From: Mobula hypostoma
Taxonomy: Eukaryota
DNA: 64,000 nt
Assembly: GCF_963921235.1 (NCBI RefSeq)
Contig: NC_086100.1
Coordinates: 199,084,001 to 199,148,000 of the forward strand
Reading direction: 5' to 3'
Shown: positions 1-11,320 of the stretch, in pieces
Layout: each line of letters opens with the position of its first letter
Numbering within the stretch: the stretch's first letter is position 1
Notes under the pieces: model-generated
What the model saw: the letters and a program-made list of their open reading frames with translations, nothing else
Database searches by the model: none
What the model was told of the DNA's origin: nothing
Position numbers and translations under genes: made by a program

Positions 1-46
1 AAATTTTGCAAATACGAAAGAAAGAATAATAATAAATAAATAAGCA

Positions 47-749
47 CGCCTCCTGGAGGGGAGGAGAAGATGGCGGCGCAACGCAGCGCGCGCAGCCCCT
101 CTGGAATGATATCTGTATTTGTTAAGTAGGTACCGTGCACAATCCTGATTCGATGGAGACTGACGTGAGAAGCACAGAGGAACATCTGGAGAAACTTCTG
201 AAATGCCCGCTTCGCTGCCGCTGCTACTGTGCGATTGAGAATCTCTGGAGGGGAAGGCCCCAAATCCTCGGCTTTGCCTATTGCCTGTTGCCAGGGCCAG
301 GGTCGAAGCGCTCGGTAGAGATGGTGCTCGGCTCTTGGTGTCGGAGGGCTTGTTGGAGGCTCGAAGTTTTCGGACGGACTCAGGAGTCGGCCGTGGTCGG
401 GTGCTTCCAGGGTGCTGCATCGGTAAGTTTGCGGCGCTGGAGGTTCATGGCAGGGAGAGTTTTTCTTCCTTCTACCGTCTGCGTGAGATGATGGGTCTTT
501 TGAGAGACTTTGAGACTTTTTTTTACCGTCCCCATGGTCTGTTCTTTATCAAATTACAGTATTGCTTTGCACTGTTCTACAAACGTAACTATATGTTATA
601 ATTATGTGGTTTTTGTCAGGTTTTCAGTCTTGGTCTGTCTTGTGTTTCTGTGATATCATACTGGAGGAACATTGTATCATTTCTTAATGCATGCATTACT
701 AAATGACAATAAAAGAGGACTGTGTGTCCTCATAATCTAATCTAATCTG
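47..749 (+). mobile_element. Non-autonomous retroposon (CpG-rich head with AAGATGGCGGCG, LINE-type 3' end with AATAAA and (TAATC)n tail)
   Basis: Tail cataatctaatctaatct at about 731-748. Probable TSD ataagca (40-46) / ataaaca (750-756). It interrupts a minus-strand LINE 3' fragment. Confidence 0.6.
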
Positions 750-950
750 ATAAACAATAAATACCAAGAACGAGTGAGTCCATAGGTTGTGACGGTGTGA
801 GTGAAGTTATACTCACTGGTTCAAGAGCCCGATAGTTGAGAGTTAATAACAGTTCCTGAACCTGGTAGTGTCATCCTTGAGGTTCCTTTACCTTCTTCCT
901 GATGGCAGCAGCAAGAAGAGAACATGTCCTGGGTGGTGGGGGTCTCCTTG
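750..950 (-). mobile_element. Rex1/Babar-like LINE 3' fragment (continues at 1-46)
   Basis: The reverse strand encodes the degenerate C-terminal HHPGHVLFLLLPSGRR motif, which recurs in many copies in this window. Confidence 0.65.
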
Positions 951-2289
951 TTCTGTTGATAATTATTTAGTCTGTTCATAAGTTCACATTTATTTAAGTT
1001 TAATTATTGACATTTGCACACGTGACCGTTCTGCTAATTGTTGTTTGCTCATGGCTCTTTGAACTATTGTCCTGTAAATAGTTGGTTGCTATTTTGTTGT
1101 CTGTTATGGTATTGTCCCGTGTTTTATGCTTGGCACAATCAATTCAGGTATGATTCATATATTGGCAATAAAGTGATTCTGATGATGGATGCTTCTTTCC
1201 TACAATAGCACTCCATGTAGATGTGCTCAATGGTGGGGAGGGCTTTACACATGACGGACTGGGCCATGTAGGATTTTCCGTTGAAGGGCATTGGTGTTTT
1301 CCATACCAAACATCAATTTGTTCCTTACTGTCAGGCCTAGGCCCTGCCACCTCAACTCTGCCCTCGCCTCAGATCTGTTGCTTCGAATTAGTTCCAAGTC
1401 CACTCCAGCGATGTGCAAACACTGGCTTGTTCCTTGCTCAGGGCCCCGGGCCCCACAGCCTCGATTTAGTCCATAGAGACCACACTGTAACCGTCCTACA
1501 CCTTCGTGACTTCAGTTTGCACTGCAAAAGTGCCAGGACACAGCAGTGGTTCAAAAGCTCAGCTTCAAAAGGGACGTTGCAGGCTATTGATTGCAGTGAT
1601 CTATGTCCAGAAAACATAAGTAAGTAGTTTTGTTTGCTGTCAGCAAAGCATTGCTGTGTTTCACCAGTGCCATCTTAAACTGGAGAGCCAGCTGCTCCCA
1701 ATAACTTAGGTCCTCTTGACTAGGAAGCATCCTGGGAAATCTCAATGTATTTCCCATAAAAGGATGACTCAAACTTTACCCAAATCTCCAAATGTGGCCT
1801 CACCAATGACTTGCGTAATTGCAAATAATGTCCCAACTCTTAAACTTCATGCCCTGATTGATGAAGCCCAATATACTAGACTGCTTTTTCACAAGACACT
1901 GCTCCTTCATCGAACTCCCAGGCCCTCTGTTCCACAACACTCATTTAGTGTACAAGTTCTGTGCTGGTTCGACTGACCAAAATGTGCCACCTCATACTAA
2001 TCTAAATTGAAATGCCTTTGTTATTCCTCAGATGGCGTCTTGCCCCACTCCACCCCACCCTCTGAACTCACCCCTCTCCCATCCCAACGGGATGCAAACC
2101 CACCCACCTGCAGCTCCCTTTCCTCATCAGCCCATCTGCAAACTAACCCCCGTTCCCTCGCCTACAAACCCACCCTGACCCCCACCAGTCTGCAAACACA
2201 CCTCCGTCCCCCGTTGAACTACCATTCCCCTCTGAACCCTAGGCCCCCAGGTTCCCCCTTGCCTGCAGACCTCTCCCTATCTGCTGCCC

Positions 2290-2790
2290 TGGTGTGTAAC
2301 CGCCCTCCCCACAACGCCTTCCTCCTTCCTCCTCCTCCTCCTCCTCCTCCGGATGCCCCAGTTCTTCCCGCTCGTTCTTCCCGCCAACGGCCGGGCAGAG
2401 CGTCCTTAGCGACCGGCCGGCCCTCTAACAGGGGAGTATGCGCAAGACTCTATGTTTGCCGGCAGGGGAATGCGCACTTTCGGCCGGCACACGGCAGGAA
2501 CCTGCGCAGTAGGGAGAACTACGCGACAGGGACATGCGTAGTAGGAACTAGGACCGGTAAAGGGCATGCGTAGTACGGTTTGCTTGGCGATGGATCGGGC
2601 AGAGAGCGGGGTGAGGGAGCTTACCTATTTTTGTTCGTGGCAGAATGCGTGTTGTCGGTCGTTAAGCTTGTAATTATCGCAATAAATAACGTGGGCTACC
2701 GAATATCCGGTTATCGCGTTCTGCCCATTGAGGTGTATGTTGATGCGGAAGATGGGCCTGGCAGTCAGAGCAGTTTCGGGCTCGGTTGGG
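2290..2790 (+). promoter_or_regulatory. alms1: CpG-island-type promoter / first-exon region of ALMS1
   Basis: CpG-dense non-repeat stretch. X-box-like GTCCTTAGCGAC (2402-2413) and GTTTGCTTGGCGAT (2578-2591). Repeated TGCG(C/T)A NRF1-like sites, CATGCGTAGTA twice (2533-2543, 2565-2575), and (CCT)n at about 2325-2350. Confidence 0.65.
2590..2610 (+). CDS. alms1: ALMS1 putative coding exon 1 (MDRAESG)
   Basis: gcgATGg Kozak context, followed by a GGG|GTGAGG donor in phase 0, compatible with exon 2. There is no homology support, so it could be a uORF. Confidence 0.45.
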
Positions 2791-2799
2791 TGATTAAGG

Positions 2800-3900
2800 G
2801 AGGGAGGGACTGACTGACTGAGGGAATGTGGGGGGGGGGCGAGAGGATGACTGAGGAGGGTGGGTAAATGAAGGAAGAGGATGGGTGACTGATGGGGTAG
2901 GGAGGGTGGGTGACTGATGGGGTAGGAAGGGTGGGTGACTGGCGGAGGGAGGGGAGGAGGGTGGGTGACTGGCGGAGGGAGGGAGGGGAAGAGGGTGGGT
3001 GACTGGCGGAGGGAGGGAGGGGAAGAGGGTGGGTGACTGGCGGAGGGAGGGGAGGAGGGTGGGTGACTGACTGGCGGAGGGAGGGGAGGAGGTTGGGTGG
3101 GTGACTGACTGGCGGAGGGAGGGGAGGAGGTTGGGTGGGTGACTGACTGGCGGAGGGAGCGGAGGAGGTTGGGTGAGTGACTGACTGGCGGAGGGAGCGG
3201 AGGAGGTAGGGTGGGTGACTGACTGGCGGAGGGAGCGGAGGATGTTGGATGGGTGACTGGCGGAGGGAGGGAGGAGGGAGGGTGAGTGACTGGCGGAGGG
3301 AGGGGAGGAGGGAGGGTGGGTGACTGGCGGAGGGAGGGGAGGAGGGAGGGTGGGTGACTGGCGGAGGGAGGGGAGGAGGGAGGGTGGGTGACTGACGGGA
3401 GGAGGGAGGGAAGGAGGGGAGGAGGATGGGTGACTGACTGGCGGAGGGAGCGGAGGAGGGAGGGTGGGTGACTGACTGGCGGAGGGAGCGGAGGAGGGAG
3501 GGTGGGTGACTGACTGGCGGAGGGAGGGTGGGTGACTGACTGGCGGAGGGAGGGGAGGAGGGAGGGTGGGTGACTGGCGGAGGGAGGGGAGGAGGGTGGG
3601 TGACTGACTGGCGGAGGGAGGGGAGGAGGGAGGGTGGGTGACTGGCGGAGGGAGGGGAGGAGGGTGATTGATGACTGGCAAAGGGATTGAGGTGGGTTGG
3701 ATACTGACGGGCGAGGGGAGGAGGGTGACTGACAAAGGGAGTGAGGTGGGTTGATGAATTACTAATGGAGGGTGGGAGGTGGGTCAGTGACTGATGGAGG
3801 GAGGTGGTTCGGTGACATACTGATGAAGGAAGGGAGGTGTGTTGGTGACTGATGAGGCAGAGAGAGTGGTGAACAGCAGGGTGACTGAGGGCAGGGTTAC
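2800..3900 (+). repeat. G-rich minisatellite, units of about 30-38 bp (GACTGGCGGAGGGAGGGGAGGAGGGAGGGTGGGT), decaying into purine-rich sequence up to about 4270
   Basis: Directly visible tandem array with extreme G/A skew. Confidence 0.9.
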
Positions 3901-4356
3901 GGATTGGAGGGGGGGCCGAGGCCAGTGATGTGTGGAAGGAGGGATGGAGGGTGACTGAAGGTGTGGAATCAGGGAAGTAGGAAATGTGATGATCTGAGGA
4001 AGGTGGAAGGGGGGGGCAATGAGGAGAGAACGATGGGGTGAGTGCTTGAGGGCAGGAAGATGGAGGTTTTTACAGAGGGAGTGGGAGGATTGGAGTGATG
4101 TAGTGTGTTGGAGCTGGGGTGAGGAGGGGTGTGAGTAGGGAGCCAGTACAGAGTGAGGGAGATGAATGACAGATAGGAAGGGTAAAGGACAAGTCATTAA
4201 ATATTGGAAGGAGATAGATGTGTATAAGGAGGACAGGGTACTGAAGTGTGTAGCAAGGGTGACTGGTGGAGCAGGGCTCTGTGGCCTCAACTTTTATTTA
4301 TTTTTACAACAGCCTGTAACTTTTTGCATAAGCTAAATTTTCATGTGAGCTGTGAT

Positions 4357-4815
4357 AGTCATAGAATACAGCACAGAAACAGGCCCTTCAGCCATCTTTT
4401 CCATGCTGAACTATTAACCTGCCTAATCCCATTGACCTACACCCAGACAATAGCCCTCCTTCTCCCTGCCATCAATGTACTTATCCAAACTTCTCTTAAA
4501 TGTTGAAATCAAATCCACATTCCCCACTTCTGCTGGTAACTCGTTCCACGCTCTCACCTCTGAGTGAAGAAGCTTCCTCTCAGGTTCCCCTTAATCATTT
4601 CACCTTTCACCTTAACCCATGACCTCTAGTAGTAAGTAGTCTCACCCAGCCTCAGTGTAAACAGCCTGCTTGCATTTACCATTTCTATATCCCTCATAGT
4701 TTTGTATACTTCTCTCAAATCTTCCCTTATTCTCCTACACTCCAGAGGAAGAAGTCCTAATCTTTTCAATCTTTCCTTCTCCCTCATGTTCTCAAGTCCC
4801 AGAACATCCTTGTAA
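4357..4815 (-). mobile_element. CR1 LINE 3' fragment
   Basis: Reverse complement matches the CR1 3' ends seen elsewhere in the window (e.g. 57218-57660). Confidence 0.65.
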
Positions 4816-5069
4816 ATGATGTTAAGGGTTAAAGGTCCATTTAGAGAGTGTGGCCTGGCAGATTACATGTAGAGCATTTAGCATGGTAAAGTGCTGCAAG
4901 ACCATCTAACAAAATTTGACAACAAGGTATATACTTTAATTTTCCTATGATATAGAAGGTTATTCAGCCCATCAACTCTCTGCTATTTCTGGAACATTTC
5001 CATGAATGCCATTCCTGCCCATACTTCCCTGTGTAACCCATTTTCTAAAGTACTCATAAGGCTTTTTAC

Positions 5070-5310
5070 TTCACCCCACCCTCCCTTACCCACCTGGTTT
5101 TACCTATTACCTTTTAGCTTGTCCTCCGTCCCATCCCCCCTACCTTATTCTAGCATCTTCCCCCTCCCTTTCCAGTCCTGAAGAAGGGTCTCAGGCTGAA
5201 ATGTTGACTGTTTATTAATTTCCATTAATGCTGCTTGACCTGTTGAGTTCATCCAGCATTTTGTGTGTGTTGCTCTTAAACTCTAGCATCAGCAGAATCT
5301 CTTGTGTATA
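5070..5310 (+). mobile_element. Penelope-like element 3' tail remnant with decayed hammerhead
   Basis: cagtcCTGAAGAagggtctcaggctGAAAtgttgactg (5173-5210), homologous to 42979-43016. Confidence 0.75.
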
Positions 5311-5796
5311 CACACTAATTAACTGCCTCTTCAATTTTCTACATTCTGGGTAAATCAAGGAGACGTTAGTAAATTGGCTTTCACGAGGGTCTCAAAGGCA
5401 GAAGAGGAGATGAAATTCTGGATCTTGGGATGAAGATAGGACTGTGTCAATGGTGTAATTAAAACAGAATGATCAAGAGCCAAAACTGGTGACCCTCCCA
5501 CTTTTCCTGACCATCCTGTCACTGGAAGTGGCTTCTCTTTTTCTACAAACCATGATTTTGTCTCACCTTATGTAAGATAATACAGCACAGAAACTGGCCC
5601 TTTGGTGCCGACTGAACCATCCCCTTTGCTAGTTTCAGTTGCTTGAGTTCGGCCTATAATCCTGCAAGCTCCTCCTCTCTGTGTACCTATCCAAATTCCT
5701 CTCAAATGGTACAACACCCTCTGTCTAAAACGTCTCTTTTAAATCTCTGAACTTGTACTGGTGCTCACTCGTTTTGGACTTCCCAATCCTGGGGAA

Positions 5797-7090
5797 AAAG
5801 ATGATGGCTTTGTTGCAAAGTTTGCCCTTGATATGAAGGCAGATAGTTTTGAGGAAGTAGAGAGGCTACAGAAGGATTTAGACAGATTAGGAGATTTGGC
5901 AAAGAAGTGGCAGATGGAATACAGTTTTGGGAAGTGTATGGTCATGCACTTTGGTAGAAGAAATAAGGAGGTAGACTATTTTCTAAATGGAGAGAACATT
6001 TAAAAATCTGAGGCATAAGAGGACTTGGGAGTCTTTGTGCAAGATTCCCTGAAGGTTAATTTACAGTTTGAGTCTGTGGTGAGGAAGGCAAATGCAATGT
6101 TAGTATTCATTTTACAGAAGACTAGAATATAAAAGCAAGAATATAATTGAGGCTTTATAAAGTATTGTGAGGCCTCACTTGGAGCATTGTGAGCAGTTTT
6201 GGCCCCTTATCTTAGAAAGGATGTGCTGAAACTGGAGAGGGTTCAAAGGAGGTTCACGAAAATGATTCCAGGATTGAACAGCTTGTTGTCTGAAGAGTGT
6301 TTGATGGCTCTGGACCTATATTCGCTAGAATTCAGAAGAATGGGGGTGACTAATTGGAACCTATCAAATGTTGAAAGGCCTCGATAAAGTGGATGTTTCT
6401 TATGGTGGGAGAGTTTGGGAGCAGAGGATACAGCCTTGGAATAGAGGGGTGTTATTTATAATGGAGATGATGAGGAATTTCTTTAGCCAGAGAATGGTGA
6501 ATCTGTGGAATTCGTTGCCACAGGCAGCTGTTAAAGCCAAGTCTTTATGTATATCTAAGGCAGAGGTTGATAGATTCTTGATTGGGCAGGGCATGAAGGG
6601 AAGACACCACCTCTCTCACGGTGGTGTCTGAAAAGAGGATGCTGTCTAAGTTGCATGCCATCGTGGACAATGTCTCCCATCCAGTACATAATGTACTGGG
6701 TGGGCACAGGAGTACATTCAGCCAGAGACTCATTCCTCCGAGATGCAGCACAGAGCGTCATAGGAAGTCATTCCTGCCCGTGGCCATCAAACTTTACAAC
6801 TCCTCCCTTGGAGGGTCAGACACCCTGAACCAATAGGCTGGTCCTGGACTTATTTCCTGGCATAATTTACATATTACTATTTAACTATTTATGGTTTTAT
6901 TACTATTTATTATGGTGCAACTGTAACGAAAACCAATTTCCCCCGGGATCAATAAAGTATGACTATGACTATATGGGGAGATGGCAGGAGATTGGGGCTG
7001 AGAGGAAAAATGGATCAACCATGATGGAATGGCGGAGCAGATGTGTTAGGCCAAATGGCCTAATTCTGCTCCCATATCTTGTGGTCTTGT
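5797..7090 (+). mobile_element. CR1 LINE RT C-terminus and 3'UTR, degenerate and split by an insertion
   Basis: Encodes KFALDMK...LQKDLDRL...WQMEYS..KCMVMHFG and LERVQRRFTKMIPG. Confidence 0.85.
6602..6971 (+). mobile_element. Rex1/Babar-like LINE 3' end with (ATGACT)n tail, inserted in CR1
   Basis: Encodes DNVSHPVH...PPRCSTERHRKSFLPVAIKLYN, followed by AATAAA and atgactatgactat. Confidence 0.75.
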
Positions 7091-7094
7091 ATCA

Positions 7095-7660
7095 TGTTGA
7101 GTGAGGGCCTCCGTCAATCAGAGTTGACCATGGATATTGTGTCCGAGCTGTCTAGATGCGCAAGGCTGGGCAGTACGATATGGAGAGTCAGCTCCCCCTC
7201 TCCATGCATCTGATGAACCCAAAGGAGCAGCAGAGACCAATACAGTTTGGTACTAGCAGCGGTCACAGGAGTTGCCAGTCAACAACGTAGAACTGTCCTG
7301 GGGACTCCAGCTCTGGATTTTTCCTTCGGGGTTTACTCCCAAAGCCTTCCCCATGAGTGGGTACAGCCCTAAGGCAGCGGAGGTTTGAAATCAGAGTTTT
7401 CCTTCTCCTAGATGAGCTGGCAACTATGGCTGACGAGCCCCATTTGCCCTAGGCAACTGGTTTTAAGGCTCAGTGACTGCCTTTGCCCCTTCTCCTCTCA
7501 GTAGAAATGGTTACACCTGGTTTAGTAGCTAAGCCACATATGAAGGCCAGGAGCTGGACTTGGTTGTCAGAGGCCATTTGAGGTGCACGCCATTGTGATC
7601 ATTTAATAGGTAGGGGGAACTTCTCCCCATTACCACCCTGGCTGTAGCAACCTTATGAAT
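7095..7660 (-). mobile_element. Non-autonomous RTE-related retroposon
   Basis: Its left about 170 bp resembles the tail of the SINE at 26736-27158. The reverse strand has a ctaggagaaggaaaactctga motif recalled from RTE UTRs. Confidence 0.45.
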
Positions 7661-7687
7661 GTCCACCTTATCTATATCCCTTATGGG

Positions 7688-7890
7688 TTGGTACAGCAGT
7701 GTCCTGGTTAGCACAACACTTTATAGTACCAGTGACCCGGGTTCAATTCCTGCTGCTGTCTGTAAGGATTTTGTACATTTCTACCTGTGACTGTATGGGT
7801 TTCCTCCCACAGTCCAAAGATATACTGGTGATAGGTTTATTTGGTCATTGTACGTTGTTCTGTGATCAGACTAAAGTTAAGGAGGGGGGG
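7688..7890 (+). mobile_element. tRNA-derived SINE (HE1/V-SINE-like)
   Basis: B box GGTTCAATTCC and core gggtttcctcccacagtccaaaga. Related copies at about 14880-15010(-), 28040-28265(-), 30470-30620(-), 37725-37940(+), 39280-39420(-), 46660-46840(+) and 49200-49430(+). Confidence 0.75.
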
Positions 7891-8654
7891 TTGCTCTACA
7901 TCCCAATAAATGAAAAAAAAAACTAAAATAAGATACTCTCCAGGGAATAAAGATCTAGTGTGGTCAACCTCTCCCTATAACAGTCAATTGCGATGATTCT
8001 AGATTCTCCCTTTTAAATGAAGTCTGGTAGCTGCCCCCCCACCACCACCTCCAAGGCTTTGACATCTTGTTGAAGTGTAGCATTCTGAATTAGTCCCAAC
8101 TTTGATCCAGAATCAAGTTTATTATCACTGAAATCTGTTGTTTTGCTGCAGCAACACAGTGCAATACATACAAATGACAGTGCAAGTTACAAAGATTAAT
8201 AAATAGTGGAATAAGTGAATAAAGAAGTTGTGTTGATGGACCATAGTGGAGGGGAAGAGCTATTCTTAAAATATTGAATGCATGTTTTCAGGCTCCTGTA
8301 CTGCCTCCTTGATGGTAGTGATGTGACGAGGACATGTCCTGGATGGTGAGGGTCTTTAGTGATGGATGTCACCTTCGTGAATTCCATTTGGAGCCGAACC
8401 AGTGTTTTAAAAAAGTTTGACACAATTTATTCCTCTTGATCTTTTCAATCACTAGTTTTTCTTTCCCCCCCCCTCCCACCCCCCCCCTTACCCATTGACA
8501 ATTACAAGTTAAAGTGAAAAATAGTTATTTTATTAAGCTGGGCATTTGTATTCTCTTGTTCTCTCCTTTCCTCCAGGACCTCCCCTCCCTTCCTCCCGTT
8601 CCTTGCTCTGCACAGGCCGTGTTGTTAAAGGAGTTGTAATGTGCTGTCTTCCAG

Positions 8655-8792
8655 GTGATAGCAACAACACCACCGATAACTTGTAACATGGAGGAGAGGT
8701 TGAGCCAAGCCAGCAGCCTTGGAAGTGGGACCCACTTGTCCAGCGTGAGTGGGTTCTCACTGGGAGAGGTGATTGTTCAGCGAGCTAAGCAG
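8655..8792 (+). CDS. alms1: ALMS1 exon 2 (VIATTPPITCNMEERLSQASSLGSGTHLSSVSGFSLGEVIVQRAKQ)
   Basis: ttccag| acceptor and CAG|gtagct donor, 138 nt, phase 0-0. Resembles the recalled human ALMS1 exon-2 peptide (IVPLTC...TQIS...). Confidence 0.7.
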
Positions 8793-8844
8793 GTAGCTTG
8801 GTCATTTTAGATAAGTGAATCAGTGCTAAATGCAGTCAACATTA

Positions 8845-9470
8845 GAATCAGATTTATTAGCAAAGTATGTATGCAGTATACAGTTCTGGGATTCTTCTTC
8901 TCCAGATAGCCATGAAACAGAAAAAAACCCATGGAAGTAAGCTCAGAGAGAAATAGCTAACCCACTCCCTCCCCCGCACAAAAAAAAGAACAGCAAATGA
9001 TCATCAGCCACACCAGGCTCACCTTTCCTGGCATGAAATGCAACAAGAACATCGGCCCCCAAATTTCCCTGTCTTTGCATAGAAAAAACGAGAAAGAACA
9101 GACAAAACACTCAAAATATAAAACCGTAAGACTGAAAAAAGCCCACTGATCAAAGCCATAGATGCGGAACATTGGTAATATCCTCCAACATCAACGAAAA
9201 AGAGACATGCAGATGTCCACCCTCTGGGCACAGCATTCAAGGCAGCAAAGTGGCGATTGGCCGCACGGGCTCATTATCTGGATCAGTGAACAGAAGGTTT
9301 CTTTGCTTCGAAACTCGCATTTGCTGCTTCCCGGAATCTTCTTGGAGACAGCAAAGGCCTGGGTCTCTCAATCAATCTCCAAGCTGTAAATTGCAGGCTC
9401 TAACAGTTCCAGAAGCACATTCAAGATGAAAAGCAGATGTAAAAAGAAATAAAATAAATAGTTTCACTGA
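8845..9470 (-). mobile_element. Non-autonomous retroposon / SINE-like element
   Basis: The minus strand has a GC-richer head, a T-rich body and an AATAAA-tctgattct tail at about 8845-8860. Similar 3' region at about 51790-51915(+). Confidence 0.45.
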
Positions 9471-10828
9471 CTTACTGTGACATGAAATGTATTGTTTTGT
9501 CACAGCAATTAGGTTCAGAAACTCTAAAATAGTACAGTTTATCAAGTTTAAGTTTATCATTCAACCATACATGACTATAGCTAAGCGAATCAGCATTCCG
9601 CTGGAGCCAAAGTGCAAACTCATTACCAATAGCTCACAGCACATAGCACATATGGTTTTGATAGCAGGAAACACAGTGTGACACAAGGAAAATGTCCCTG
9701 AATGGCATGTGCTGCTGAATGACGGTGCGTGGGCCATTGTGCTGGTCTAGCCTGTTCTTCCACTGAGTGAAAAATCTGATGGTGGAGGGGAAGAAGCTGT
9801 TTCTGAATTGTTGAATATGGGTCTTCAGGCTCCTTTACCTCATCCCTGATGGCAGCAACAAGAATAAATCATGTCCCAGATGCTGAGGGACCTTGATGAT
9901 GGATGCAAACTCCTGAAGGCATAGCCTCTTGAAGATGCCCTCAGTGTTGGAGAGGGTCGTTCCATTGATGGGCCAAATACAGAGCGAATGCTGCTATGGT
10001 TTGGTCATGGCGATGTACAATAGAAAACAGATCCTTCAGCATACTGTGTGTAAAGAAAAAGTTAAATTTGATTCTTTCTTGGTATATGTTAATATATGTG
10101 TCACTAAATGGAGTCTGCACCACTATATGATCATGGCTGATTTATTTTCCCTCTCAACTCTATTCTCTTGCCTTCTCCCCATAACCTTTGCTCAAAAATT
10201 CAAAGATTCAAAAGATTCAAAAAAAACTTTATTGTCATTCTAACCATACATCAGCTCTGCAGGGCAGAATGAGACAGCGTTTCTTAGGGGCAGTGCAATT
10301 ATAACATAACAAACGCAACACTAAATAGTAAACATAACAATAAATAGTAAAACACAACAGCCACATGTCAGTTAAAATCAGTTATAAGTGTACAGTGCAA
10401 GTTAAAAGTGTTCAAAGCAGCTGTTTAGCAGTCTGACTGCCTGTGGGAGGAAGCTGTTTAGTAGCCATGTGGTTTTAGTTTTGAGGCTCCTGTAACGTTT
10501 GCCTGATGGCAGAAGAACAAACAGTTCATGGAGAGGGTGTGAGGGGTCTTTAATGATGTACCGTGTCTTCTGGAGGCATCGACTCCGAAAGAGGTCTATC
10601 AGCCTCTGCTTTAAAAATACCCAGTGATACCACTAAAATGGTATTGGAGTTAGAGCAGAATTTGGCCACACAGTCTGACTGTATAGGGAGCAGAGTAGGG
10701 GGCTGTAGACACAACCTTCTGGGGCACCAGTGTTGATATAATATTCATGCTGGAAGAATTGTTGCCTATCCTTACTGATTGTTTTTCGAGGATGTTACCA
10801 GGAAAGCTGATGAAGGCAAGGTAGTGGA

Positions 10829-10922
10829 GCAACACACATCAAAGTTGCTGGTGAACGCAGCAGGCCAGGCAGCATCTATAGGAAGAGGCGCAGTCGACGT
10901 TTCAGGCCGAGACCTGTTGTTT
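10829..10922. mobile_element. Tiny inverted Penelope-tail insertion in CR1
   Basis: TSD gcaaggtagtgga at 10816-10828 and 10923-10935. Body is nearly identical to the reverse complement of about 42993-43079. Confidence 0.85.
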
Positions 10923-11320
10923 GCAAGGTAGTGGATATTGTCTGCATGGACTTTAGCAAGGCACTTGATGAGGCCCCACATGGGACATTAGTCAAAAGTT
11001 CAGTTGCTTGACATTCAAGATGAGGTGAATTGGATTAGACATTGGCTTTGTGGGTTGCCTCTCTGAGTGGAGGCCTGTGACTGTTGGAGTGCCACAGGGA
11101 TCACTGCTGGGTCCATTGTTGTTTGTCATCTATATCTGTGATCTGGATGATAATATGGTTAACTGATTCAGCAAATCTGTGGATGATATCAAGATTGGGG
11201 GTGTATTGGACAGCGAAAAAGACTACCAGAATTTGCAGCAGGATCTGGACCAGCTGGAAAAATGGGCTAAAAACTGGCAGATGGAATTTAATGCAGATGA
11301 GTGTGAAGTGTTGCACTTTG

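Noticed and set aside
1329..1732. Possible minus-strand exon of a divergent gene (ttcccag acceptor, gtaagg donor)
   Set aside because: The frames I translated contain stops and no homology is recognisable. A non-coding exon cannot be excluded.
2007..2573. 188-aa ORF across the promoter
   Set aside because: C-rich low-complexity and CpG-island sequence, non-ATG start, no recognisable motif.
2794..3735. 313-aa Pro/Ser-rich minus-strand ORF
   Set aside because: Translation artefact of the G-rich minisatellite.
7430..7600. HDV-like ribozyme in the RTE-related element
   Set aside because: I could not build a convincing P1/P2/P3/P1.1 nested pseudoknot by eye.
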